64,000 nucleotides of DNA from Eledone cirrhosa (GCA_964016885.1 OZ024741.1:60264001-60328000); one strand, 5' to 3'; positions 13,775 through 29,261 are shown, counted from the stretch's first letter. The notes: generated by a model from the letters alone, not told the origin. Numbers and translations: made by a program.

Positions 13775-14170
13775 GTGACGAAACATAAGTTAATTGCATG
13801 AACTCATAATCCTTTATTTACTGCTATATATATTTCGATGATAGCCATTGAGTGGCTATGACCTCATCAGGCAGTTAGTCAGTTCTTAGATATGCCAGCT
13901 CTGTGTTTGTGGTGTTGATTGTATCAGAGCCTTGGGACATATGAGCTTGTTAGGAATAATTTAATGTTGTCAGTAGGCATAATCTTAATTCTCATTGGTC
14001 AGTTTGTAGATGCTAGTAGGGTTGGCAGTTGACCTCAAAGAGGCAGGTGGTGTTGTAAAGTTCAAACCATCAGGCAAGTTGACAATAGTTCCATATGACT
14101 GATTTTCACAAAAACCATTCCTGGTCAGATATATATTCAATTGGGGTTTATAGTATGAAATTCGATACTA
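13775..14170 (-). mobile_element. Old PLE 3' fragment ending at TA repeat
   Basis: Minus-strand VNLPDGLN resembles the GIY-YIG C-terminal LxTxxPxGLN motif; followed by UTR and a hammerhead. Confidence 0.6.
13820..13875 (-). ncRNA. Type I hammerhead ribozyme
   Basis: ACUGC-CUGAUGA-GGUCAUAGCCA CUCAA UGGCUAUCAUC-GAAA-UAUAUA-UA|GCAGU. Confidence 0.85.
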
Positions 14171-14560
14171 CGGGTCAATCTTAAATTGAGGAATTTATGT
14201 AGGGTGGTACTACTGACAATTATGGTTAGAGTAGTATACTAGAAAATTTACATATAAAAAGACTTATGTTGGTTGACTTGCAAATACATCCCCCCCCCCC
14301 GCACGCACACATCCACACATACAAATTGAGGAATTTATGTGGGGTGATAATACTGAAAATTATGGTAAGAGTCAAATACTTAGAGAGTTTAGAAATAAAA
14401 AGACCTATGTTGGTTGACTTGTACATACACTCACACCTACCCCCATCAGACACACACACACATCTACACACACAAATCCATACAGGTGTGTATTACGCAC
14501 AAGTGCTTATATATACGACAGAGGCCCCCAAATATATACATAATTATTTCATATATATAA

Positions 14561-15428
<868 letters not shown>

Positions 15429-15445
15429 TTTCTCATATAGATATG

Positions 15446-15830
15446 TCTGAGACTTGGAAACTGACCAAGAAACTCACTCAGATAGGGATGCTACACGAGA
15501 ATGCTGAGGAGGGCTCTGAACATTAATCAGTATACACTGAGGATGAGGAACGCAGAACTGTGCGGGAGCCTCCCAAAAGTCAGCTCGAGAGTAGCACAGA
15601 GGTTAGCTGGACATGCTCATCGACATCCAGAGTTGACACCGCACTCTGTGCTTCTGTCGGAGTCTCTGCATGGACACACTAGAAGAGGGAGACCGAGATT
15701 GACATGTGTTGATACCCTAAGGACAGACACTGGTCTCTTGGAGATGCAGGACATGGCAGCGATGACGAGGGACAGAGACCGTTGGAGAGAACTCGTCCAT
15801 GGATCTCGGGAATTTTACCCCCCCCCCCCC
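15446..15830 (+). mobile_element. RTE-type LINE 3' fragment
   Basis: LRRALNI..RLAGHAHRH..RRGRPRLTCVDTLRTDTG..DRDRWRELV. Confidence 0.85.
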
Positions 15831-15861
<31 letters not shown>

Positions 15862-15862
<1 letters not shown>

Positions 15863-15965
15863 ACGAAGGAAGTGTGGTAAGGAGCCAGATGGACCAATAC
15901 GCACCAGTCCAGAAATAGCCGTCGAAACGGCTTGAGCTCTGCCGTCGGGGTCTTGAACATCTTCC
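15862..15965. mobile_element. Family A PLE mini-insertion: tail (-) fused to hammerhead 3' half (+)
   Basis: 15862-15906 matches the distal tail in reverse; 15907-15965 matches 8284-8340 forward; TA on both sides. Confidence 0.85.
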
Positions 15966-16022
15966 TATATATATGTATGTATGTGCGTGTGTGTGTTTGT
16001 GTGCGTGTGTGTGCGTGTGTGC

Positions 16023-16141
<119 letters not shown>

Positions 16142-16752
16142 AGGAATTTCGATCAATATACAATAATTTCGAATCGGTGCACCACAATTGCTCAATGAAG
16201 ACAGTTGTGAAAAACCTTTATCAGACCGAACTCTTAAACGTTAATTTTAAGGAACCAACAATGATCGAATATCATGGAACATTAAAACCAGACGGGTAAA
16301 TTGACTTAGCAATATTTTAACAATTTAACACATAAACATTATCTTATTTACATTAGTAAATGGCCTAGACTTGGAAGTTTTGAATCATGAAAAACCGAAT
16401 TCCTTTTTTAATATATCAATAATTAACATATTTCGAACGATGAAATCTCATTAGTAGGCCGTCCTAAGATCAACCCAAGGTATTGCAATTCACGGAGAGG
16501 TTAAAGGTAGAACTGGACCCCATGTATGTTGTCACAAGGGCTGCCGTGTTATTGTAGTAATCAGTGGATAGCTATCGTGTTTGGCGGGAAAATGCTAAAA
16601 ATAGACGACCTCACACACCATCTAAGCACTGAATGGAACATAACAAATTACCAGATGTAAAATAAAATAGCAATTTAGATGGATATACAATAATATAAAT
16701 AAATAAAAATATATATATTATATATATAAGCAAAGGGATATTTAATTTGTTG

Positions 16753-16789
<37 letters not shown>

Positions 16790-18230
16790 TTATGTATTAA
16801 CTTTTTCAATTTTCAATATAGGTTATAAATGTTGTGTGCGTGTCCGTTTAATCCACATATGAAACTGAGGTATTGTATATAGTTAAAGCAAGACATACGC
16901 TCACATTTAGAGGAAATGAAATTTAATTCAAATATATCCTACATTTTATATCTTCACAGCTGCTATCCAAATCCCCTAATACCTCAAATACTCCCTTGTT
17001 TAAGGTGAACATCAAAAGATTGCGTCATATTTACAGAGTTAGTGAGAAACATTAATGGAAGCTAGTAGCGATTGATGAAAGAAAGATTTAAATATTTTAA
17101 AACGAAGTAACAGGTTTTATGTAAAACCATTAACGTCATTTTCTGTTAGAAGATTCGATATATTTAGAGTAAATAAGCTATCACGTATATAATTTAATCA
17201 GAGGTAGCACGGAGAGGATTATTCCTATTTCAAATTCATATCTCAGAGTTTTATAGTTTTTCTAGTAATATCATTGTAGACGCAACAGACCCAAATAGTT
17301 AAGAGCTTCGTTTTGCAACCATTAGGTCTTGAATTCAATCTAACTGCGTGGCATTTTCTACGAATATCATTTACCCTGCCTTAGGTTGACATATGCCTTC
17401 TGAATTAAATTTGAGAAATGGAAACTGTTTGGAAATCCGTTGTGTGGTCTGTACTGTATGTATAATTCAAAGGATTAACCTTGTTAAACATATTGTCACC
17501 CTGAATCTCCACGAAAATTATGTTAAGGCTGCATATTTGGAATGCTCAGTCACTTACTCGTTATCTGGAAGACTCTTCGTCAAAACTACCGGATGTCACA
17601 CAAGTAGTAATTTAAGGCGACTAATTAGCAGAGGGGTTAGGGCGTTGACATTTGTTCCCGGTCACTACTATCTCAGTTCAAATCCTGACGGGGCCAACTT
17701 AATTTCAATATTTACGACAGACAAGGCAGGAAGTGGGGGGAGTCGTTAAAAGTTTCGTTAGAATGTTTCACGATATTTGCTCTAGAATTCTGAGGTCTGA
17801 GTTCAAATCGTGCCGAAGTCAACTTTGAGTTTCATCATTTCGAGGTAGATAAAGTACCAGACCAGTAAATAGATTCTATTTTTCCTTTATTTCGCTTTAT
17901 CATATTCTCTCCTTCGTTGGAAGAAATCGGTTGGCTTCACATCTGGGTTAGAATGCCCGAGACCTCAGGACATTATATTTTTATAGATGGCATATATCAT
18001 AAAGCGTCGAATTAGCAGAGCCGTACAGATATGAGATTAATTACCTCGGTATTTACTCAGATTCACAGCAGTCTGAGTATAAGTATACAGGCTCATATTG
18101 ACATACCCTGCACAGAATCTATTCAGTTCAAAAAATTCTTCCGTTCAGACTATAACCATACATGAGTTGTAAATCCTTTTTAGGTGAAACACGTGTTCTC
18201 AATTATGGTTTTGCTAATTGTTCTGAAATT

Positions 18231-18302
<72 letters not shown>

Positions 18303-18305
18303 ATG

Positions 18306-18343
<38 letters not shown>

Positions 18344-18436
18344 TGTGTGTCTGTATGTATGTGTATGTATTTGTGTGTGTGTGTGACATGGCTGGCGCTG
18401 TGAATTAGCGATACAAATCGTTTTGGGGGAATGATT

Positions 18437-18545
18437 GGACTCTAGCAACGCGGAATAAGGTATTTTGCTTAAGAACAACTGAGGGTCGGGAATCGAATTC
18501 ATGACCTTACAACCGTAAGCCAAACACACCAACCACTAAGCCACA
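18437..18545 (-). mobile_element. tRNA-derived SINE head (second family; also 18817+, 34078+, 62596-)
   Basis: tgtggcttagtggt..gaattcgattcc..ttcttaagcaaaatacct on the minus strand. Confidence 0.65.
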
Positions 18546-19131
18546 TCTATACAGAACTGTGTTATATATGTGTCTTAATAAATGAATAAATTCTTTACGT
18601 ATATAATTAGTATTTTCCGCTCTTCGGTGTTTAGCTCTAAATAATAAAATATCTATCTATATGACAGCCGTAAAAACGTTGCCAAATAGAGTATGGCAGG
18701 TTGCGATACATTTCATATATGAAATATTCCGGATATATCACGCTTCATAGAATATACACCACTTTTATTATGAAATTTATTAGTGATGCAATATTGATTT
18801 CTGCTAAACCGAGTTACGCATGGCTGTGTGGTTAGGGTGATAGGTTCATGATCTTAAAGTCCCGGTAGTCCCTTGTGTCTTGAGAAAGATACTCTGTTTC
18901 ACATTGATACAGCCTAGTCAGCAGTCAAAAATGAGTTCTCCCTGCAGTTCAAAAGCCAGCCATGTTGCGCATTTTGTCAATCAAATCTCTATGAAAACTA
19001 CGTATGGTACGCGTATCTGTAGAATGCTCAGCCACTATCCTATGTACCTATTGTTAAGATCACAGTTACGAAATTTAGTTATACCAATATTTAACAGATA
19101 TGATAAATACATGCATACATACATACAAACA

Positions 19132-19620
19132 TTCTTAGTTCTTAGGTTCTTCCGCGCGTTTCGGCGCATCGAGCCGTAAGTAGTCGCCAACAATCATGAT
19201 CAGCGGCGGTTTTTACTTGTCCGTGCCAACTGATGTTGGCTGCCATCAGGTCTTTTCGGAACTTTCGTCGCCGGGTAATCTTGGAGCAACCCCACATCCG
19301 TTTTCCGCCAGGTAGAGTCAGATTCGTCGCTGTTTTCGAGTGTCGTTCGTTGGGCAGGCGCAGAATAGGGCCAGCCAGACGGCACCGGTGCTTCGTGACC
19401 ATCCTGTGTAGCGTCCACGACTCTGTTCTCCGTAGGATTTCCTCGTTTCACACTTGGTCACGCCAAAACACACAAAGGATCCTTCGCAGGCACTGCTGGA
19501 GTAATGCGTTCAGCTGTCTCTCTATCTTTGTCAGCTTTCGCTCACGTAAAACACTGTCGGTAGCTCGATGCTCTTGTACAGGAGCAGCTTGATCCTGGTG
19601 CTGATGCATAAAGACGACCA
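19132..19620 (-). mobile_element. RTE LINE 3' fragment
   Basis: QLNALLQQCLRRILCVFWRDQV; RLAGPILRLPNERHSK..RKDL; short tandem tail cctaagaactaag. Confidence 0.85.
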
Positions 19621-20916
19621 GAACATACATACATACATACATACATACATACATACATACATACATACATACATACATACATACATACATACATAGATGC
19701 ATGCATGCATACATACATGTATACTACTAACCTCCATGGGTAGAACAAGTATGTCTACATGAGGCGGATAACATCTTAAAAGATGGGAAGGAGCTTCTTG
19801 AGAAATACTAACCGAATGAGGACGAGGGAAATTGTACAGCGATACCGCAACAAATCAGTGGATGAAAAATGATATGCTTATCAGCAAAATCTCATACATA
19901 GCTGTATTGTGAGAGTAATATAGATTAGTGAAGTAGTCTTGGAATAACAAATTATATATAAGTTCTCACTTTGAAGGATATGATTTTCCAAGATGACTAC
20001 TGTGAAATAAACTTGGAGGATTTCACCCAGATCTTAAGCAGCTGTTCAAAGATGTTATCCTGATACTATCTACCTATGATGTATAATGTAGTGGCCAAAG
20101 CACTATACAATGTTATCCATAGACTGGGGAGTCATGATGATGAAGATATATAAAGTTACATGGAGGCGAAGGGCATACGTACCCGTAATATAGACAATTA
20201 CTGGTGGAGTGCTCCAGTTAAAACTCCAATAAAATTAGCAAACATGGTGGCATGGATAAGAAAATATATATATCCACAGTAGTGGATAGCAACTGCTCAG
20301 TAGATGTTAATATTCAAACTATAGTAACGGCAATGAGGATATTTATAGCAAAATGAAGAACATACAGAAACTCCATCATGACAATACATTTAGATTTGTA
20401 CTTGTGATCATTAGGGCTCTAGGATTTGTTGCTAACTGTCCAAGTATAAATTCTGAGAATTTCATATAACCATAAAGAGCACGGCTCATTAGGAAATTAC
20501 AAAATTGCAAATAAAGTTAATTACTATGTAAAACTATGTAAAACATTCCAGAAATAAAGCATGTAAAAACTTCATATACACACGTATAGATATAGAAACA
20601 TATATGAGCACATATAACTCAAAATATACAAATACACACATGCAATAACATCCATATCTACACACACACGAACACACACACACAAGCACACACACGGACA
20701 CACACACGACAACATACACAAACACACACACACAAATGCATTCAGATATACAAAAATAATTACCTAGCTGGTGGCTGTCTCAGTGTTAGAAGTCGTTTAT
20801 TTTTCTATTGGTGAGAATTAAAAAAACATGAAACTAGAACATACATATATATTTTCCATTAATATATCATCTCCAATATATCTTCATGTGAAATTGAACA
20901 TTGAAATAATTCTATA

Positions 20917-20987
<71 letters not shown>

Positions 20988-21132
20988 TATATATATATGT
21001 GTGTGTGTGTGTACAAAAGAAAGAAAAGAGAATGTACACATAATATAGAAGTTGAGAGTCTTTATATTAACAGTTTGACTTCCGTAGTTGAGTCAATCTG
21101 TTAATATAAACACTACACACACACGTATATAT

Positions 21133-21253
<121 letters not shown>

Positions 21254-22465
21254 TGTATAATTTATACACACACACACACGCACACACACACATATATATA
21301 TACGCAACATATTTGGTAAAAAGATGTTGCAATGTATAGCAGCACAATAAATATTAGAATTATGTGAATTTCAACTTATTTAGTTTCATAATTAGAAATA
21401 GATGGTAAATGAGATTCCATCTTCCTGGAGGTAGTAGACTGGAATTCCTCATGCAGACGACCGTGAATTTCGAAGATTAAACAACTATTTTTCAGAACTA
21501 AAATTATATTATCTTGCTTTACATTCATCTTCTGGTCGACAGTTTCATTATTTAAGCTGTGAAGATTTCCATAAGGTGTACTTGTTTATAAAGTAGAGAA
21601 AAATTAACCACCATAATGGAAATTAGAAATCTCCTTCAAAGTGTGGTTTCTGCACTAAAATCTGATTAATTTGTACTGGTGCATTGCACATGTCCATTGG
21701 CACTGCGCAACACTAAAAAAAGTTTGGTGATGGACCTCAGTCACTTCCGAAGATGAGTGTTCCATCTGTTGGAATAAAGGAACAACATGAAATTAACTGA
21801 ACGACGTTGTAGCTCATCGTGAGTGTTTGCGTCTCACTGAGAAGTACAATTAGGATACCTGTGTTTGTCTACTTCCCATCTACTTACACAACAAGATGGA
21901 CTATGCCTATAACTCTGCATGACATTCTTCTCACTCACTGTGCCACACTGAATCTCACTGAAAATAACGTTAAAGTTTATCAAATACGTGTTTATCAAAT
22001 ACTCAACCACTTACACTAACACTCTGTCACGCTTTATCTCCTTGGGAATCCTGTTAGGTGTATATATGGCTGTGAAAAGCTTAGTTATTTTACACCGTAT
22101 TTTCATTAGATTGCTGATCCGTTGATCGAAAAATTGGAATCGACGGGGGCCTATTCCATTCTTGCACCAACAGAGAAGAAATAATTGGTGAAAAAGCCAG
22201 TAGACAATTCTACTGAGAATTGTCACCGATATTATGGAATGAAGTCCAGATAGAACATATTAAATAACCATGCCGACACAACTCGTGAGAATATGGTGCT
22301 TTATATTTAGATAGCATATTAATTATATAAACACAGAATATTTGTCTCTGAAAATATAATCATAGTTTAATTTAATATTTCATATACACACAGATTGTCA
22401 TTTACAGAGACAACAGCGCGCTACAGACACACACACGCACATATATATATATATATATATATATA

Positions 22466-22507
<42 letters not shown>

Positions 22508-22532
22508 TATACATATATATATATGATATATA

Positions 22533-22563
<31 letters not shown>

Positions 22564-22665
22564 TTACATATATACAGAGACATCAGCGCGCTACAGACAC
22601 ACACACGCACATATATATATATATATACATATATACATACATATATATATATATACATACATATG

Positions 22666-22698
<33 letters not shown>

Positions 22699-23799
22699 GA
22701 CCAGACTCCTTCTTCCTCCCGTTAGACCTGTGCGAAATTCCTTCCTTGCTCACATTTCAACCAGGTTTGATGGTCTTTATTCTCTCGTTCACGATTTCGC
22801 CGAATTTAAATTCATAGAAATTTGGGACTTGTCTCCTTCTTCCTCACTTTCTGTTGCTTCACCATTTTGTTTGTTTACACTCGCGTCCCCTTTATTTACG
22901 TGTCCCAACGACTTTTTTTTAGCCTTTGCTCGCACCAACCGGAGGTATATGGTCTTTAAAGCGAAGAAATACCTATGATGGTTGGAAGATCACTGATGAA
23001 GGACAAACTTTTTTCATATGTAACCCATTTGCAACTCCGCAGCGCCCTTATTATCATATATATATATATATATATGTATATTCGTGAGTGAAATAATATT
23101 ATTAATATTCAGTTTGAAGCAAACAACCCCATTAGTATGTATTAGATTACCAACGCCATCCTTTTGTTTCAGCAGTGGCTGAGAGAAAACAATCGACAAC
23201 TGTTTCGGTGTTTTTGCTCCTTTATCGAGATTGTGTATTCTCGACACTGCTACCCACTGGAAATGCTGAGAATACATAGTATTCTCAAATGTATACATCG
23301 GCTGCTTATCCTTATTTGCATACTGAGCGATTTTACGGCCGGCTTTGCCGAAAATTTAAAAAGAAAACTGTATTTGTCTTCTGGAATGGAATGGAATGGA
23401 CAACCGTCGATTTTGACGATGAGTAATCTAGTTGTTCAAATATGTACTCTTAACCTAATTCTCAGAGAAATTCAACGTGACACAGTCGTGTAATTATAGT
23501 GCATATCACAGATACATGTAATCTTTCAGGTAATTCTCATTGAGAATCAGTGTGACACAGCATGTGACACGTTTAGTCCATTGATGAACAGGTACAATCC
23601 ACCCGACATGCTTTTAAACAGTTTCCGTCCATTCAATTTCACCAACAAATCTAGGTCGACCCAGGCTACGGTAAATGATACCTGCCGAAAATCTTACTCA
23701 GCTGGTCTAATGATTGCGAAGTAAATTTCCCAAATACATGGTCATGCCGCGTCCACGTATGTTTTATAAAGCTACATTTAGAAAAATGTTAATGAAAAA

Positions 23800-24588
23800 T
23801 TATGATAGTACAAAAACCATGAATAAACATAAAAGCCGTGATTGGTAGAAGTAAACTTTTAACGAACGTTCCAGTATGGAGAGAAATTGTAAAATCTTCA
23901 AAGTAAGCCGACAATTAAACTGTAAAACTAGAAATTTTTTTTATAGCATGAGATGCATAGAGGAGCAATATAGTAATAAGACCACAACTTATATAGGGCA
24001 AACAGCTTGCAGTGAGGGGAAATGGGGAGGATGTATTGAAGAAAAGTCGAAGACGAGAAAAACTCACCAGTGCTCTAACAACATGCTATGGCGGACTCAC
24101 TAGAAAACATAGAAATAGAAAGTATATTTACAGACCAAACAAATGCAATGCTCAGACAGATTAAGGATATTCAAATGAATGTAGGCCGAAACTCAATAGA
24201 ATGCAAGAATGGAACAACATCTCACACAAAATCTCGGAGGGACCACAAGACATAAATACACACTTTATGCACAGACACACAAATCATACAGCACACAGAA
24301 ATTCGTATACGTGGCAGCACACAGATTCAAATACACTCACATACACACACACATACATACACACACACACAAACGTACACGACGACTAGACGCACACCTT
24401 AAAACAACAAAATGAGATACATAGAAAAGATAAGAACAAATAGAAGACACAGAAGGACATGTTTAATCATTGAAAAATTCAAGCATTTGTGACGAAAGAG
24501 CTTTCACAAATAACAATGAAACAACTAACCGTAAATTCCACTAGTGTGGGTGGTTATTGGCAGCATGACTATCCCAAATATAACTATA
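23800..24588 (+). mobile_element. Decayed Naiad-like PLE 3' fragment (GIY-YIG, degenerate hammerhead ~24467-24508, tail)
   Basis: LNCKTRNFFYSMRC..YIGQTA; homologous to the 49133-50659 element, including the tail ttattggcagcatgac..cccaaatataac. Confidence 0.8.
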
Positions 24589-24754
24589 CATACATATATA
24601 TATCTATGTAATAAAAATATATATATAAATATATATATGTGTGTGTGTGTGTGATTATATATATAAATATACATACATATATACTTATAATACACGTATA
24701 AATATGATATATACATATATAATATGCATATATATATATAATATATATATAATA

Positions 24755-24816
<62 letters not shown>

Positions 24817-24819
<3 letters not shown>

Positions 24820-25030
24820 ATAATAATAAATTTGAAGACAAAATCCAAAGAGGGCTCGAAAAGGATAAATATATATCAAATATATAAGAACCGTAGAGCA
24901 AATATTTATTAAAATAACAGATTAAAGTTTAAGCAAAGAATCGCTGCTTTCACCCTTAACGGGATCTTCTGAAACTTCAGAAGATCCCGTTAAGGGCGAT
25001 TCTTTGCTTAATCTTTAATCTGTTATTTTA

Positions 25031-25038
<8 letters not shown>
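24817..25038. mobile_element. Fold-back hammerhead insertion (family E) in (TA)n
   Basis: Arms ~24902-24973 / 24976-25038; left arm has an ~85-bp extra tail that recurs at 31886 and 32222. Confidence 0.8.
24926..24976 (-). ncRNA. Hammerhead fold with U4->A core (family E)
   Basis: AGUUU-CAGAAGA-UCCC GUUAA GGGU-GAAA-GCA GCGAUUCUU UGC-UU|AAACU. Confidence 0.7.
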
Positions 25039-25069
<31 letters not shown>

Positions 25070-25070
<1 letters not shown>

Positions 25071-25244
25071 GTAGGTCCCGGGTTGAGTCGGGGATAACCA
25101 CAGTAAGTAAGGTACTCAATACATGGCAGAGTAATTTTTTTTATTTTATAGAAGGAGCTTCTACAGGACTAGTACTGTTTCATTCAGATGAAATTTTCAG
25201 GAAGCTCGAGCTTTTATAGAAGCTCCTTCTATAAAATAAAAATA

Positions 25245-25248
<4 letters not shown>
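25070..25248 (-). mobile_element. Family B hammerhead insertion with short inverted arm; hammerhead at 25155-25207
   Basis: GAGCUUC-CUGAAAA-UUUC AUCU GAAU-GAAA-CAG UACUAGUC CUG-UA|GAAGCUC (G8 mutated); 25216-25243 inverts 25137-25163. Confidence 0.75.
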
Positions 25249-25301
<53 letters not shown>

Positions 25302-25709
25302 TATTTATAAATATATATCATATTTATATATATACAGAGAGAGAGAAAGAAAGAGAGAGATATAGAGAGTGAGAGAGTGAGAGAGAGAGAGGGATAGAGA
25401 GAGAGAGAGAGAGGGAGAGAGAGAGAGAGAGAGAGTGAGAGAGAGAGAGAGAGATACGTATATGTAAGATAAATTATATACTTATATTGAAAATATATAT
25501 TAACGAATGTTGATATTTATCAGTGGAAAATGTATCAGAAATACTAGTTTCTACCGAATATTCCAGTGTGAATTAACATTTAAGTAAAATATATGCAGTA
25601 TATATAATTCATATATGCGTCATTAACAACAATATCTATGGATTTCCATACATAATCGTATACACGTATATATATGTGAAAGGGATCTCTCTTCCTCTAT
25701 CTCTACCTC

Positions 25710-25758
<49 letters not shown>

Positions 25759-25763
<5 letters not shown>

Positions 25764-26310
25764 TGTAATAAACAACATAAGATAATTATTTCATTTACCA
25801 GTGGTTTCTTGAAAGCAGATATATTTGTTTTCAGTCGTCAGAATAAATAAAACATGGTGTTTTTATTAAATATGGATTTGAAAACAAAATATAAAAAATA
25901 TAAAAGTGAAGCTGAGGAAACAGCGGGCGAAAAAGAAGAAAAAGAATACATACATATATATAAAAACAATAAATATATAAATATGCGCGTGGTTGAGTGT
26001 GTGTATGTTTATATATGTATTGTTTTTATGTATGTATTCTTATGTATTTATTCTTTTTCTCCTTCTTCGCCCCTTGTTTCCTCAGCCTCATTTTCATATT
26101 TCTTATATTTTCTTTTCAAATCCGTATTTAATAAAAACATTTTTATTAAATGTTTTATTCATTATGACGACTGAAAAATAGATATATCTGCTTTCAAGAA
26201 ACCACTGGTAAATGAAATAATTATGTTATGTTGTTTATTACATAACTAATAAGCTTGGTAGCCTACATAGAGCACTCTCTTTTCCTGTACATTTCCGACG
26301 GAATTACTTC
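25759..26310. mobile_element. ~230-bp-arm fold-back with a hammerhead in each arm (25790-25847 -, 26158-26216 +)
   Basis: UUUAUU-CUGACGA-CUGAAA..UUUCAA-GAAA-CCACUGG-UA|AAUGAA; the plus copy has C3->A; arms 25759-~25985 / ~26005-26248. Confidence 0.8.
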
Positions 26311-26479
26311 ACATATATATGTATACATGTATATGTGAATATATATATGTGTATATATATATATTCATATATACATGTATATATACATATTCATGTATAT
26401 ATACATATTCATAAATATACATATTCACATATATACATATTCACATCTATCTATCTATCTCTTATATATATATATATAA

Positions 26480-26609
<130 letters not shown>

Positions 26610-26703
26610 AGAGATGGATAGATAGATGTGAATATGTATATATATACATATATATATTCATATATACATGTATATAGAGAGATAGAGATAGAGATAGATA
26701 GAG

Positions 26704-26742
<39 letters not shown>

Positions 26743-26753
26743 TCCATATATTC

Positions 26754-26864
<111 letters not shown>

Positions 26865-27378
26865 CACATATATATATAGTAATGCGATACAAACACAGAT
26901 ATATATAGGCAATATATCACATATATATAAATGCATATAAGCGTTTCTATTATCATGTGTTATACTTTAGCAAGTGATAAACTGAAATGGCTGCCAACAG
27001 AAATAAAATGATAAGATACGGGTTGCAGACGTCCATATTGCATGTCATGTGATTGAATATCGTATTCCATTGAATATATAGCCATTGAAAATTCTTTATG
27101 ATAGCATTTTTTTAAACATGCATTATAGCTTCCATACATGCAGACACAATCATGGCGCACACACGTAAAAGCACAGACACACATACGTAAAAGCATATAC
27201 ACACACACATACGCACAAACACACACACACACCCAAATATATATATACACACACACACACATGTATATATATATGTACATATATACACATAAATACATAT
27301 ATATATATATATATATACATATATATATGTATATATATATATTTATATACATATATATATACATATATATACATACAT

Positions 27379-27417
<39 letters not shown>

Positions 27418-27420
27418 CAT

Positions 27421-27507
<87 letters not shown>

Positions 27508-27583
27508 CACATATATATATATGTATATATATATAAATATTTATATACATATATATATATACATATATATACATACATATATA

Positions 27584-27623
<40 letters not shown>

Positions 27624-27747
27624 AATATATACATATATATACATACATATATACGAACCAGTATCGAAAAAGTATCGTCTTCCTATCTTCCTTCGGTTTA
27701 AACGTTTTTTGAAATATTTACTTCTCCGTTCACAGATTGATTCTTTT

Positions 27748-27798
27748 AGTTTCAGAAGATCCCGTTAAGGGTGAAAGCAGCGATCCTTTGCTTAAACT
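27748..27798 (+). ncRNA. Hammerhead fold with U4->A core (family E), island 27654-27820
   Basis: AGUUU-CAGAAGA-UCCC GUUAA GGGU-GAAA-GCA GCGAUCCUU UGC-UU|AAACU. Confidence 0.7.
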
Positions 27799-27814
27799 TT
27801 AATTTGGTATATTA

Positions 27815-27880
<66 letters not shown>

Positions 27881-27883
<3 letters not shown>

Positions 27884-27923
27884 CCAGCATGGCCTCAGCC
27901 GGATGGCTGAAACAGGTAAAAGA

Positions 27924-27927
<4 letters not shown>
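27881..27927 (+). mobile_element. Isolated SINE-like 3' tail between TA tracts
   Basis: ccccagcatggcctcagcc.gatggctgaaacaggtaaaagag; a similar remnant lies at ~3970-4005. Confidence 0.5.
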
Positions 27928-27995
<68 letters not shown>

Positions 27996-27997
<2 letters not shown>

Positions 27998-28386
27998 AGT
28001 GTGTGTAACTAGGAATTACTGCAGGTTCACCCGGGAGTGCACTCGATGTTTAGTTTCACTTCTGTGATGAGGTGTAGAGCTATAGAGAGTGTAATGTATT
28101 GAAAGGATAACAAGGACGATTGGTTACTCCTTCATTACATTTATTGGTAGGTGACGCGCGTTTCGCCACTGATCAGCTCAAGGTTCGATCTGTATCGAGC
28201 TTACCCTACTCAATGATCGGAAGCTCGACGGATCCTTGCATTTTAACGGGACCGTCGAGCTGCCGATCATTGAGTCGGGTAATATCGATACAGATCGAAC
28301 TTTGAGCTGATCAGTGGCGAAACGCGCGTCACCTACCAATAAATGTAATGGAGGAGTAACCAATCGTCCTTGTTATCCTTTCAATA
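27996..28386. mobile_element. Fold-back pseudo-LTR (family F), 139-bp arms
   Basis: Arms 28097-28235 / 28249-28386 carry the hammerhead 3' half GAAACGCGCGUC; homolog at 53369-53580. Confidence 0.8.
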
Positions 28387-28388
28387 TA

Positions 28389-28452
<64 letters not shown>

Positions 28453-28473
28453 CATATATACATATATATACAT

Positions 28474-28504
<31 letters not shown>

Positions 28505-28587
28505 CATACATATGTATAGATGTATATAAAAGTATATATATATTCATATATATACATATATATACATATGTATAGATGTATATAAAA

Positions 28588-28654
<67 letters not shown>

Positions 28655-28761
28655 CATATATACATATATATACATACATACATGTATATATATATATATA
28701 CATACATATGTATAGATGTATATAAAAATATGTATATATACATATATATACAAATATATAC

Positions 28762-28806
<45 letters not shown>

Positions 28807-28886
28807 CATATATGTACATATATATACATGTATATAAAAATATATATATATACATATATATACATATATATATATATATGTAATAT

Positions 28887-28961
<75 letters not shown>

Positions 28962-28974
28962 TGTAATATACATA

Positions 28975-29045
<71 letters not shown>

Positions 29046-29076
29046 AGAACAAAAGATGGTTAAAAGAGTTCCATGT

Positions 29077-29145
29077 ATTTTATTATGCGCATTTCAAAAA
29101 CCAATATCATCATGCAATAATATTTGTGTTTTCATCAGATAAAAC
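29077..29145 (-). ncRNA. Type I hammerhead ribozyme in a ~155-bp TA-flanked island (29046-29203)
   Basis: GUUUUAU-CUGAUGA-16-position stem II-GAAA-UGCGCA-UA|AUAAAAU; palindromic AUGCGCAU. Confidence 0.85.
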
Positions 29146-29214
29146 AGGAAGACATGATATGAAGGTTAAAAAACACTTTTGATTAGTGCAGTTTTAAATC
29201 AACATATATATATA

Positions 29215-29261
29215 TAGCCGACGAAACGGCTTGAGCTCTGCTGTCGGGGTTAAACATTTTC
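29215..29261 (+). mobile_element. Family A hammerhead 3' half between TA tracts
   Basis: tagccgacgaaacggcttgagctctgctgtcggggttaaacattttc. Confidence 0.8.

Noticed and set aside
19740-20500. Possible very old RLE-type LINE remnant
   Set aside because: Only a weak GGFHP-like motif; too decayed to call.
22960-23010. CTGATGA motif, shared with 37273-37310
   Set aside because: No stem II or GAAA follows; at most a truncated pLTR remnant.
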